A stretch of DNA of 52,869 nt from Catajapyx aquilonaris. Lineage: Eukaryota. The translations under genes and the position numbers were made by a program. The DNA lies in assembly GCA_000934665.2 (NCBI GenBank), contig JYFJ02002671.1, forward strand, positions 1-52,869. Direction: 5' to 3'. Under the pieces are notes generated by a model. That model worked only from the letters and a program-made list of their open reading frames with translations, made no database searches and was not told the origin of the DNA. Shown one piece after another: positions 1-12,085 of the stretch (the first letter of the stretch is position 1; every line of letters starts with the position of its first letter).

Positions 1-17
1 CAGTTGAGAGGGCCCTC

Positions 18-2501
18 TTGTGGACAATGCCTTACATTTCAAGGAAAGGCCTTAGATTCCTTATCCTTTCCTTGACTTATGCACTTGCCACCTTACACTA
101 TGAACGGGCCAGGTTCAATAGCCGCGCTCAAGGACTGGGTGAGAGCGTCGACGAATTCGTCACCTCACTCCACACACTCGCAGAGAGGTGCGAATTTGGT
201 GATCTACATGATGAACTGCTATGTGACAGAATCGTAGTAGGACTACTTGATAAGGCCCTATCTGAGCGCCTTCAACTAGACCCGAATCTAACCCTGGAGT
301 CCGCAGTGATGAGAGCCCGTCAGTCTGAGCAAGTCAAGCGGGAGCAGAAACTCCTACGCGGAGAAGACCAGGGGAACATTGACAGAGTCAAGTCAGCAAA
401 GCCGCATCGGGGGAAGACTACAAGACCGCAGAAACGAGGTGAGAGGAAGCCCCAGTCTGCGGAGGACTCGCTACAGTGCGGGTGGTGCGGTAAACAAAAT
501 CACCAGCGAGACAGGTGTCCAGCGAGAAATGTCACCTGCAATGGATGTGGTAAGACAGGCCACTACAAAGCAGTTTGCCGATCTGGAGAGGTAGCAGAGG
601 TCACGGAGGCAGCCCGATCCGGCAACATCGCAGAGCTGAAAGAAGCAACCTTCCTAGGCGAGATGGTGTCATCCAATGGGTCGACATGGACCATTGATGC
701 AGAGTTGAGGGACCAAGTCATCAACTTCAAGGTCGACACCGGAGCTGACGTGAGTGCAATACCCATGAAGCTGTATCAAAAACTTTTCGGCGAAAAGCGG
801 CTCCTCACGCCCAAGAAAATCCTTTTTGGGCCAGACCGAAAGAGACTCTGTATGCACGGTATGCTGAGGGACAACCTTAAAGTTCAGGGGAAAGTCACAT
901 GTGAAGACATTTACATAATCAAGGATTTGGAAAAGCCACTCCTGGGGAAACCAGCCATAGAAGCCCTTTCCCTTATCCAGATCCTTGGCCCTGTCACTGC
1001 GTCCACGGTTGATCCCAAAGTGAGTTCATCCCAAAGTGAGTTCCCTACGCTTTTCCAAGGGCTAGGAACACTCCAATCCCATGTTCCTGGGAAAGAGATG
1101 GCTACTTCTGACACACTCTCCAGAGCACCTTTGGCGGAGACGTGTGGTGGTGACCTCGATCAAGAGGTGGAAGCCTATGTCGGACAGATTGTCCAGGAGT
1201 TGCCAGCAACGGATGAGTGCCTTCAAAGGATTCATCGCTCTCAAGAAGCTGACGAGGAGTGTCAGCTGCTGGTGAGCTTCAGCAGAAAGGGATGGCCAGC
1301 GAAGCAACATGTTCCTGTAGTCATCAAGCGATATTGGGCAGAGCGAGGTTCCTTCACCATCACGCAAGACTTACTCCTGAAGGATGGACGGATTGTCATC
1401 CCAACTTCGCTGAGGGCCGAGATGTTAGATCGCCTGCATGAGGGACATCAAGGCATCTCTCGGTGCAGGGAACGCGCCAAGCAGTCGGTGTGGTGGCCAG
1501 GTTTGAGCGTGGACATCCAGAGGAAGGTGGAATCATGTTTGCCCTGTATCCAGAATCGAGTGCCTCGGAAGGAGCCGATGCTTTCCATGCCGACACCAAC
1601 CAGCCCATGGGAGCGTGTGGCAGTGGATATCCTCCAGGAGATGGGACAAAATTATTTGCTGGTAGTCGATTATTATTCCCGCTACATTGAACTACTGGCG
1701 TTACTGTCAGATTTGACTTCTGCAACCGTCATCAGGCATATGAAGTCAATCTTCGCACGACACGGTGTACCCAAAAGTGTAATAGGGGATAATGGAGGAC
1801 AATTCTCAGGACAGGAGTTCCAGCAATTTGCAAAAATGTGGGGGTTCGCCCACACTACCAGTAGTCCACGTTATGCGCAGAGTAACGGGGAAGTGGAAAG
1901 ATGTGTCGCTACGGCTGAGAGGCTACTACGGAAGAATGGTACAGAAGACCAATATCTAGCACTCTTGGCGTACCGGACCACACCGGGAGTCACCGGATTC
2001 AGCCCAGCCGAGCTCCTTATGGGGAGACGCCTACGGTCGAGAGTTCCTACGCTCCAGGACAAGCCATCGCCAGAGATTCATGAGAAGCATCTGGAGCGGG
2101 AGGCGGTGTACAAGGAGCAGATGAAGACCAACTACGATAGACGACATGCTGTGGCCACTCGTCAACCCTTTCAGTCAGGCGAGGCGGTGTGGGTACGCGA
2201 CGTGGGACGTCCAGGGCGCATCGTAGGGGAAGCAGAGACACCACGCTCTTATAAGGTAGATACGCCTCAGGGGAAGCTCCAGAGGACTTCATACCACCTA
2301 GTCTGAGACCCCAATGCGGCAGGGTGGCAGGCAGCTGGCGCTGAGCAGTTCGAAGAAGACGAAGACCACCCAGATGAACAAGAGGTTCAGGAGGCCGAAC
2401 GAGGACCTCCGTCCCCAGGTCGAGGGTCCATGATGCCGAGCCAGCCGAGGGTGACCCGCAGTGGGCGGGTGGTAAAACCGCCAGTTATTTTGGACTTGTA
2501 A
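18..2501 (+). pseudogene. Gag-protease-integrase polyprotein pseudogene lacking RT and RNase H
   Basis: In ORF 18..2306 the pre-RT motif EFPTLFQGLGTL is joined directly (~1074-1079) to the RNase H end motif HVPGKEMATSDTLSRAP. TGA at 2304-2306 is premature: the same frame continues to the typical TRSGRVVKPPVILDL* end at 2501. Confidence 0.85.
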
Positions 2502-2608
2502 GGGTGGGTCAAGCCAAAGAAGAAGGGGAGATATGGTAATAGCTATTTGTATGCCAATAAAGCAGCTATGTGAGTTGGGCTGGCATGGCCGACGCCGAGT
2601 GACCACGA
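98..2608 (+). mobile_element. 5'-truncated, internally deleted Ty3/Gypsy LTR retrotransposon relic (K02A2.6-like polyprotein type)
   Basis: Gag homology starts near YERARFNSRAQ. Two CCHC knuckles (CGWCGKQNHQRDRC, CNGCGKTGHYKAVC), aspartic protease FKVDTGADVS, integrase HHCC (LHEGHQG...CLPC) and DDE core (VAVD...DNGGQF...E). Polypurine tract AAAGAAGAAGGGGAGA at ~2516-2531 is followed by a probable LTR remnant starting TATGGT with AATAAA. The right boundary is uncertain. Confidence 0.85.
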
Positions 2609-2798
2609 GAAACTTGTCTTGTTATTTCGGGGCCTGGGGGGGGTGCTTTCTCAGGGATTCACAGCATCGGCAAGGACGAATCCGACACATTGCACGTCCC
2701 ATATCCACAATGGACTGTCGCCCTCGGCCATGTCGCATGCACATTTTATACCCGCAATCATGGTTATAGAAGACAGGTTAGGTCACTCCCACCCTCCC

Positions 2799-3088
2799 CC
2801 TGCCGGGGCGTTTTTCAGCGAGTTCTCACCTGAGACCGCCATGAGACATTTCGGAGCCACGACAAGTGGCGACCCTACCGGACCTAGGCTGAACTTTATA
2901 GGTACGAAAGGGGGGGCTACATGATGACCCAACATGGCCGCCGGCGGCCATGTTGGGCCCCCCAATGTAGCCCCCCCTTTCGTGCCTATAAAGTTCAGCC
3001 TAGGTCCGGTAGGGTCGCCACTTGTCGTGGCTCCGAAATGTCTCATGGCGGTCTCAGGTGAGAAATCGCTGCAAAATGCCTCGGCAGG
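2799..3088. mobile_element. ~290-bp near-perfect palindrome (foldback/MITE-like)
   Basis: Left arm CCTGCCGGGGCGTTTTTCAGCGAGTTCTCACCTGAGACCGCC... is the reverse complement of right arm ...GGCGGTCTCAGGTGAGAAATCGCTGCAAAATGCCTCGGCAGG. Centre CCCAACATGGCCGCCGGCGGCCATGTTGGG. No clear TSD. Confidence 0.75.
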
Positions 3089-3832
3089 TGATAACGCCAG
3101 AACGTAGTATAACTGTCCGTGGGCTGCCCGCAATCATTCGTCATTTTTTTGGCGGAAATAAGCTCCTCAATGCTTGTAGGGTTGCTCTGAAATAAATTTC
3201 GTTTTCCGCCTATGCCCATCCTAAAATTTGCCTTTGCCTGTGTCTTTGTTACTCTGGTTTCCACCACGTCTAAAATAATCTATAATTGCAATTCGCGAAT
3301 ATAATTTTCGGAGAACCCACCCTCGTACCTCTTGTCAGTAAATATTATTTTTCTGGAGGGTTGTCATTTTCATGGTCATGTGTTGCTGCTCTCGAGCCCT
3401 TGAGTGCAAATTTTATGACGCTGACCACTGTCTTTTCACCCAACCCTTCACTCTTTGGAGCACGACTACAACTGTAATTGAGACATGTCTCCGTGAAGTT
3501 ACTCCTCAATTAATGTCAGATTTGAAGCTAAAATTATTGTATAATACCCCCTCTCACCTTATTCAGTGCAGTCTGTAAAAATGTGCACAAAAAATAATAA
3601 TCAATATAGTGCCCTACGTTGAGGTAGAACTGGCCATTGTGGACAACAGGTAAAGAAAGTTTTTCTTTTTTTCTTGTATTAACTATTACCTCCAAGAACC
3701 AACTTATTAATGCCTCTAGAAGTATACGACCACAAAATCACTGTGATGTGTATACTCAATTTTAGTTCCTGCAGAAGTATCCCAGATGAGCTCGTGTAAT
3801 CAGGACACACAATCATAACTACATGATAATAT

Positions 3833-5324
3833 TCAATTGCCCTCTGCACCTCGAAACTGAGCAACAATGACGAGATATGTGGTTGTTGCAGCAGCCATCT
3901 GAAATATGAGGCATGCATCATGGTGTCAGATTCGAGAGCAAAAATAATGTACATTAATATGTGCGTGAAGAGGGGCTAGTATGTTAATCTAATATACTGA
4001 TAAATTTATAGAATATGTCATTGTTACTTTTAACGTGATTTGATGCACGTAAACTTGGTATTCCTAAAACCAATATTACAGATAAAAATAACTATTAAAT
4101 TCGTTATTATCAGGACTGTCTACGGTCGTGCTGTGTATAATGGGACAACTTTATGTAAACTGGGTACAAACTACACTTTGGTAATAACTCACGTTGGTCA
4201 GTATTTCCTTCCTTATTCTGAAAAAGTAGGCAGATATTTCCACTGCAGGGTGAGAAACTTTGGCAATCAGATCGCGGATCAATCTCTGATGATGACAGTC
4301 GGCGATGCACATGTCGACCATACGAAGGTCTTGCAATAGCGACGAAGCCTGTGAGGGAATCAAATTGTTTGTTTAGAAAATAATGCATTATTATAGTAAA
4401 TTTCATTGGTTTTACCTCACGCGGCAGCCTGTCAAGGATGCATGTGGTGCATATGATTATGCTGGTTTTGGCGAGCGTGACCAACATCGGATGGAAGCTT
4501 ATTCGTGTCGTGTCACCCAGAAGAAGGTAGAAGCTTTCATACACAACAGCCACAAGAAGATTCAGATAAGTGGCTGCCAGTGCCAGGCCATATGTCTGAT
4601 TGACATGGCCGACTGTGGCGCAAAGGTGTGTGAATGCACCGCTCAGATGCGTCAAAGGCTGAAGATGAGTCTTTTTAAACACCATTTTCGGTTTGTCGGC
4701 TATTGGAAAAGCGCTGGGCATCTCCAGGAGAATGTCGCGAATTCCTTGCGAAACGGATGCGAAACGAAGCCGGATTGACTCTGAGAAAAACGCTGCTTGG
4801 ATCAGCGACAAGGACGGAATGAACGCGCATATTTCTAACAGTATGGCTACAGAATAAGCCCCTACACGAACTTCCTTGGTGAAACAGCACGAAATTATAT
4901 GGACCAAGAGGACCATGTGCCAAGTGAAGACGTACACTCGCGATGCTATCCTCATCTTCCTATTGACCTCCTCGCTTCCTGTCATTACACTGTCAAAGTC
5001 GTGCAGCCTCGTTAAAAGATCACGGATTGACTGGAAGTTGACCTGAAGGATGACGTACACGGTCAGCGCACCCCAGTTCAAGTTGATGTACTCCAGAGTG
5101 TGTATTAAATCCTCCACGGTTTTTGAGTGAAAATAGATCCAGTTATTTCTGAGGCTATACGCTTCCATGTTTACTGCTAGGTTGAAGCTGGCAATTATAG
5201 CCGGGCCCAGGAGGGCAAACATCCATTTCCTTTGGTACGGGTGTTCGCGCGTGTAGACAACTGGAAAGAGTCCGAATATCCGGGAAGTGAGGGCCACTGG
5301 ACGAAAAGAATCGTACACGTCCAT
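3833..5324 (-). CDS. Gustatory receptor (7tm_7 family), GR-A, 376 aa
   Basis: Exons 5324-4416, 4348-4193, 3898-3833 with phase-0 GT-AG introns. Multi-TM hydrophobic protein with N-terminal SRIFGLFP; last exon MAAATTTYLVIVAQFRGAEGN* carries the GR TM7 TYxxIxxQF signature. Confidence 0.92.
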
Positions 5325-5860
5325 GGTCTGGTCAGAACGGGTCAGAACTAAATGTGCTCTTTCTTTTGATAAATAATTCGCACATCCGTCAAATTATTGA
5401 CAGCTTAAGTAAGGTGTGGCAAGTTGCTTTTATTACTCCACGTCGCAGATGACAATGTATTAGCATTGTGACATTGAAAAATATATGATGAATTGATTGA
5501 CCAAGAGAGTCGATATTCTTATATGCAAGGACACGCACACAGAATGAACTTGGGTGTTTCCCCACACTGTCAAGTAATTAATATCGTTGCCGTTATTGAG
5601 TATTTATTACGTAAGGAATTGGAGACAGAAAGAATATTGAATTTATATAATTATGAATCATTCACATCGGGCAGGCGGATATGAACGTTGCTCAGATTAC
5701 CTGGAACATAATGTAGCTGTACACCTAAAAGCGAAATAAAGGTATCGTGCCAGATGCCCATCAATTGGCGGTGCACTAACCCCAATTATTATTTTTATTA
5801 TTTTTTAAATAAAAGGAAGCGGAATGCTCGATACTGAAGGCCATATGGTGACTCTGGTTC

Positions 5861-7140
5861 TTATTTCTTTTCCGCATCTGTAAACTGTGCCAGGATGACG
5901 AGATAGGTTGTCACTGAAGCTGCCATCTGTTAAGTGGGGTGGAATGAAAAATGTCAGATTAAAAGCGAACACCACTACTGCTCCGCAACTTACCGCCACG
6001 ATGATTCCATTTCTTACTCGAAAGCAGCAGGCCGAGACTTCCACTTCAGGGCTGGTCACTCTCGCAGTCAGGTCACGGATCAGCATTTGGTTGTGCCAGT
6101 TGACTGAGGTCAGGTCTATCTTGCGAAGGTTGTGCAGCAGAGCCGAAGCCTGGTAAATTTTTGCAATAATATATGTTATAGGTTTATTTTGTTGACACAT
6201 ATTGGCATGTTACCTGATGGGGTAATCTGTCTATCATGCATGTGACGCATACGAGTGTGACACTGCACGTTGACATGAGGAGTACTTGATGCATCATACG
6301 ATCATTGTCTCCTCCCATCAGAAGGAAAAACACTTCGATAACCACTGTGGCCAGAAGAAACATGTATGAGGCTGCCAAGGCTACTCCGTAAGACGTGTTC
6401 AGAATAGCGACCACCTCGCACAGATGGTCGAATGCGCCACTCAGACGGGTCAGAGGTCGAAGGGTTGACCTGCTGACCATCAGTGCCTTGGGTTCTTCGT
6501 CTGGCGATGGGAACGAGTCAGGCAGCGATGCTACCACTTGACGGACGTCATCTGAGAGTGACTTGAAACGAAGCCTGAGCGACTCGGAGAAAAACACGAC
6601 TTGTACAAGGGGTAAGAATGGAATGAATGCAAAGCTGCGGTAGTATATAATGCTGATTATCAGTACTGGAGTCAGCTCTTTAGTGATTAAAGTGCGGGTT
6701 GTTATAGTCGCCCCCAATAATGCGCCAACTATCAGCAAGTAAGCCCATGACGCTCTTTTCATCTTGCGATTATTAATTTCTGCATTGTTTCCATTCATTG
6801 CTCTGTCATAGTTGTACAGCTTTTCAATCAGATTGCTCACTGATTTGAACTTAGCATGAAGTACCAAGTACAGCGCAACAACAACACAATTAATATCGAA
6901 TGAATTCAGGAATTTCATGGCGTCTTTCACGGTGTGTAGGTTCAAGTCTGTCGATCTGTTGCTGATTCTGGAAGCCACCGTGTACCATATGACGTTGACA
7001 GCAATGAAGTGAATAGGAGCCAGAAGTGAGTACAGCCAGTTCCTCTTGTAGGGCTTGTCTCGCGTGTTGGCCACTGGAAACAGTCCGAATAACCTGGAAA
7101 TGATGGCCACTGGACGAAACGAATCGTAGACGCTGGACAT
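5861..7140 (-). CDS. Gustatory receptor, GR-B
   Basis: Exons 7140 (alternative upstream ATG 7191)-6214, 6149-5994, 5926-5861. Last exon MAASVTTYLVILAQFTDAEKK*. Same 156/66-nt exon 2/3 architecture as GR-A. Confidence 0.92.
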
Positions 7141-7470
7141 GGCCGCCTCAGGACTCGAAACACTTTCATCAACACTCTTGACAAAGTTCATTGTCGAAAT
7201 GCCGCGCTTTTATGGGTGAGGTATGGGTGAGGTTTGAAACTTGCATCGACAAACTCGGACAACAACTTGATAAATTATATTGATATTGATTGAGAGAATA
7301 AAGGGTGGAAATTTTTCACGGAAATGACCACACAAACAATGGGGACAGCCTTTTGTGTACATGGCTCTAATAAATGCAATATCGCAAGTGAGAAATACTT
7401 CTATAATGCATAATACTTGTAGCAATGAATCCACAGTGAATAGTAATGACAGCAGCATAACAATAATATG

Positions 7471-7765
7471 TGTAACCGGATCGGGTTACGAGAATCAAAT
7501 CGGGACTTGGCTGATGAACGACTTTAATGTCTTACGGAGGGTTGATGATACATGTCACTCGTAAAGGAACAACTAGGTGAGGGGAAATCTAGGGGAAGGA
7601 TCCGGTCCGGGAGACGGCTCAGTCTCAACTGGCCTCGAGCCCAATGGAGCGCCTCCCGATCTGCGCAATGCGAGATGGGAACAACGCAAGGTCACATGAC
7701 AGGGGTATAGTATGGATCAGATGGTGGTGCAAGACGGGGAAATGAAATTGCGCAATACCGTTACA
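7471..7765 (-). repeat. 3' LTR
   Basis: TGTAAC...GTTACA termini; reads identical to 13109-13403. A short purine-rich GGGAGGTG precedes it on the minus strand. Confidence 0.97.
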
Positions 7766-7906
7766 CACCTCCCAACGGAGCAGGGACCGAAGGGAGCAAG
7801 CGGAACACTTACAGACACATAAGAAATACCCTCAATGTGGTTGGCCAACCCTAAGCTAAACATGTTACACTACGTCAGTGTCATAAACACTAGTCAAATC
7901 ACAATC

Positions 7907-10900
7907 TCAATCATGTCCCATGGCGTCATGCCATTCTAATTCTTCGTCCGATGAGAGGAACACTTCACTCCGTAGAACTTGGAAACTCTTGTCCGGCGGG
8001 GTGGAGTCCTCACTCGTGACGGTGTATTTCTTTGTCTTGGTAGGGATTGCAGCACGGCTCCCAGTCCGCAGGTCCTTCTTGGCTGGAGGCGGCTTTGATG
8101 ACGGATGATACGGCCATCGTGGTTTAGCGTAGAATCGTCTCGTGGGCACCGTTTTAGGCATCCTCTGTGACGTGCTCGGCTGTCCCTCCGGGAGGGCCTT
8201 AGGCGGTAGCGGTCCTCCAGAGGAGGCAGGTGCAGCCGGTGTTACAGTGGAGCTGGTCGTCTTGGCGCCTTCGGTACCAGTGGTCTCAGGGCTGAGGAAC
8301 GCCGAGTCATCCGAGGTGATGACTTCCGTTGTGGGTGCCTCTGTCTGGTCTGCTTCGTACTCCGAGATGGGTTCCAGGGTACTGCCCATAGAGGATGGAG
8401 ACAGCGTTGAGTCACTCTCTTCGATGGTCTCATCTGACGTGGTGGTCTGCTGCTGGGTAGGAGAGGCCGGGCCAGGGGTATGGGATGGAGGTGACTGCAT
8501 AGCTGGAGGGAAGCAGGTAGAAGGTGTTGCAGGTGTATCTTGTCTGCGGGATTGTGGTGAGGGTGAAGTAGGATCTGGTACTCCAAACGCGGGTTTTAAG
8601 CGATTGAAGTGTACATTAGTGGTATTGGCTTCAGAATCACTGATCTGGTAGGTCGTATCTCCGATCCGTTTCAGAATACGGAAAGGACCCGCCCAGGGTT
8701 TCTGTAGCTTTTTCCTTGCCCCTCTCTTTAACCATACCCACTGACCTTCAGGATAAGGGTTACCATGTACGAACTTGTCGTATTGGGCCTTCTGCTTCTC
8801 TCGAGCCCTATCTAACTTGATACGGGCCTTACTGAACATCTGATGGATGTCTTGAGTTAGTCTTTTTGTGTGGTCCGAAGATGTTTCAGGTACACCCGAC
8901 GGTCCAAAGATTAACAGGTCTTCAGGCATTCGGGCTTCCCGCCCAAATGTCATTTTGTGAGGAGAGACATTCGTTGAGGCATGGACATTGTTACGATACG
9001 CCATCAAAGAGTACGGGAGAAGGTCGTCCCATGAATCCGGGTTAGTTGCTGCCAAACTCCTTAGGATTTGGACAAGAGTCCCGTTCACGCGTTCAACCAT
9101 TCCGTTCCCTTCTGGGTGGTAGGCGGTCGTTCGAGACTTCTGGAACGAGAGCAACCTACAAACCTCATTGAATATCTTGCCGTCAAACTGTGTTCCTTGG
9201 TCCGACAGAAGGCGAGTGGGAACCCCGTAACGACAAACGAACTCTTTCACGAACGCTTTCGCCACAGTCACAGCGTGTCAATCCCTGCAAGAGGATATGC
9301 CTCGGCCCACTTCGTAAATAAATCTATGACCACCAAGGCATACCTATTACCACTCAAAGTGACAGGCAATGGACCGATGATATCGATCCCTAAGGTGTCC
9401 ATTGGAACACCAACTTCTATTGGTTGAAGCGGGGCTCGATACTTTTGCCGTGGGGATTTGGTTTGCTGACAGGTGATACATTCCCGGCACCACTTCTTCA
9501 TATCCATGCTAATGTTCGGCCAATAACACCTGTTTTTGACTCTAGCGTAGGTTTTTTCAAACCCATAGTGTCCTCCGCTAAGTGAGCCATGATAGAAGTC
9601 AAACAGAGTTTTCCGATGATCAGGGGGAATTAGGACTTCATTGTCTGTAACGCCTCGTCGTCGATACACCAAACCTTTGTCCACCACTGTAGGGGAGATC
9701 CTTTGTCCATTCCGACTGAGAAGGTAGAGGAACACCACTCACTAAGTGACGACGGATATGGCCAAGATCGGCATCTGCCTTCTGCCATTGGGACGCTAAT
9801 GGGGTGGTCTCAATGGGCGACACTACTACCTGAGGGTGACGAGACAACGCATCGACATGGTCCATCGACTTCCCTGGTCTGTAGGAAATGTGGGGGTCAT
9901 AATCCTCCAAAAACAAATTCCACCTCGCAAACTTCCCAGTGGGGTTTTTCATTGACCGTAACCACCTCAGAGGATTGTGGTCAGTTATCACCTCACAGGA
10001 TTGTCCATGAATGTATGGGTGGAAAGTCTTGATGGCCTGGACTACCCCAAGTGCTTCACGCTCAATAACCGAATAATTTTTCTCCGCAGGAGATAACAAA
10101 CGGCTCGAGTAAATGAGGACTCTTTCCACACCTTCCTGCACCTGCGCTAGAATGTTGCCTATTCCGACAGAGCTAGCATCTGTATATATTCGAAATGGCT
10201 TATCAAACTGCGGGTATGCAAGGATCGGTGCTGTCGTCAGTTTGTGCTTTAAAGTGTCAAATGCCTCTTGTTCCTCCGGTCCCCACCGGAATACTGCTTT
10301 CTCGCCAGTTAGATTATGAAGTGGCTTGGCGATTTCAGAGAAACTAGGAATGAATCTCCGATAGTAAGAGGTCAATCCCACGAAAGATCTTACTTCTTTC
10401 GCGGTCTTTGGCACTGGGTAAGCGACCACGCTTACCACCTTTCCAGGATCCGGATGGATACCTGCACTACTAACGACATGTCCTAGATACTTGATTTCTG
10501 GGAGCATGAACTGACACTTTGCCGGTTTCACTTTTAAGTTGGCGGCCCTGAGTCTTTGGAATACTGACTCTAGCCGGTTGAAGTGTGTCGATATAGATGG
10601 AGAGAAAACCAACACATCGTCGAGATAGAGGAGACATGTCTCCCAGGTCAGCCCTGCCAACACTTGTTCCATGAGGCGTTGGAAAGTGCTTTGGGCATTT
10701 ACCAAGCCAAACGGTAACACATTAAACTCAAAAAGCCCGCCTCCAGGCACTGAAAAGGCAGTTTTTGGTTTGTCTTCAGGACTGATCTCTACCTGCCAAT
10801 AACCGGCAGTCAGGTCCAAAGTTGAAAAACACTTAGCCCCTGATAAGGCTTCAAGTGCGTCATCCACGCGTGGGAGTGGATACGCGTCCAGCTTAGTAAC

Positions 10901-12079
10901 AGCATTGACCCTCCGGTAGTCCACGCAGAACCGTGGGCTACCATCGGGTTTAGTGACCAGGCAGATTGGACTGCTCCACGGGCTGTGGCTGGGGCTTATC
11001 ACTCCGTGGGTGGTCATGGACTGTACTTGATCAACGATCGTTGATTTCTGTAGAGGAGATACTCTCCGAAAAGGTTGTTTAATGGGGATAGTATCCCCAG
11101 TATTAATGACATGAGGGACGCGGGTCGTCCGTCCAAGATCGAACGGTCCGCTACTGAACACGTCCTGATACTGTACCAGCAAATCCTGTAACTGATGTAG
11201 TTCAGGTTCTGGTAACTCGACATGTTGCAGGGTCTCTGTCAACCAGTCCGGAGCAGTGTCAGGAAGGGTTGTTGAAGGGGGAGAGTTCTCATGTAGAACG
11301 TACTCAAAGGCGTTCACACTAGACTCGTACGCACAGGATATGGGTACAAGAAAACCCACTACAGTACCTTTAGGAATCGCGGTGCTGTGTGGTAACAAGT
11401 TTGCGCAACGCATTGGGACAATGGGGTTGTCAGTCGGTGAAACACTCACCACACACCGTGCAGGGAGGACATTATATCTGTCCATGTTTTCCCAGCAGGG
11501 TTCAACTAACCCAACATCCATCATGGGAGTTGCCTTTGGGGTAGACACGACGCAGTTTATCACCGCCTCGCTTCTTGAGGGTAGGATAACATCTTGGTAG
11601 AGTAGGAGTCGCAACTTCTGGAGGGGGGAATTAGGATTTCTCGGGATTGGGTGGCACGCAATGGTATCATCTTCGAGATCTAGTTGACCTCCGCATAACT
11701 TCAGAAAGTCCAAACCCAATATCACTTCCTCAATTGGGTTTTGTACTACTACCAATTTATGGTGGTAGGTATTATTACCAACGACTATGCTGAAGGTGGC
11801 GATTCCGAGAGGCGTCACACGCCTGCCATCACCTACACGCAGAGTACCTGAGTAGGGTTGGATAGAGGGTCCTGTTTCCGTAGGGAGGCAGTTCCATAAC
11901 CTGTGGCTAATAATGGAACACCCAGCACCAGAGTCAATGAGAGCACGAGCCGATACTCCATCCACGAGTATTCCCAAGGATGTCGCAGAAACGACAGGTC
12001 CAGGGATTGATTGGGTGTCAGGGCATTGCGACGGGATGCCTGAGGTCGGGGTCAGCCCTTCGATCGCGACCTTTCCTAG
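7907..12079 (-). pseudogene. pol: pol polyprotein (protease, RT, RNase H, integrase) with two frameshifts
   Basis: Protease LIDSGA; RT RFCVDYRRVN and LYLDDVLV; RNase H YTDAS...TDH; integrase HHCC (FYHGSLSGGHYG...CITC), DDE core and GPY/F-like WAGPFRI. Split into ORFs 9638..11977, 9268..9738 and 7907..9271 by frameshifts at ~9690 and ~9275. The pol frame is open up to the gag stop. Confidence 0.92.
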
Positions 12080-12085
12080 TTTCCC
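12040..12085 (-). promoter_or_regulatory. -1 ribosomal frameshift signal (G GGA AAC plus downstream stem)
   Basis: Slippery heptamer GGGAAAC (12085-12079) abuts the gag TAG. A 6-nt spacer is followed by the AGGTCG...CGACCT stem. Pol lies in the -1 frame. Confidence 0.8.

Noticed and set aside
3090..3480. Short minus-strand coding-looking stretches
   Set aside because: No recognisable domain or consistent splice model.
3679..3954. Duplicated 91-aa ORF (also 13664..13939)
   Set aside because: Overlaps GR exon 3 in another frame; its conservation is explained by the segmental duplication.
4110..4415. C-terminal extensions of the GR ORFs in the ORF track (also 6184-6213, 14356-14394, 17669-17758, 21007-21141)
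   Set aside because: Read-through into intron 1; conserved phase-0 donors and the 156/66-nt downstream exons give the true ends.
7766..7906. env-like third ORF in the Gypsy element
   Set aside because: Only ~140 bp separate the pol stop from the 3' LTR; no signal peptide or TM-encoding frame.
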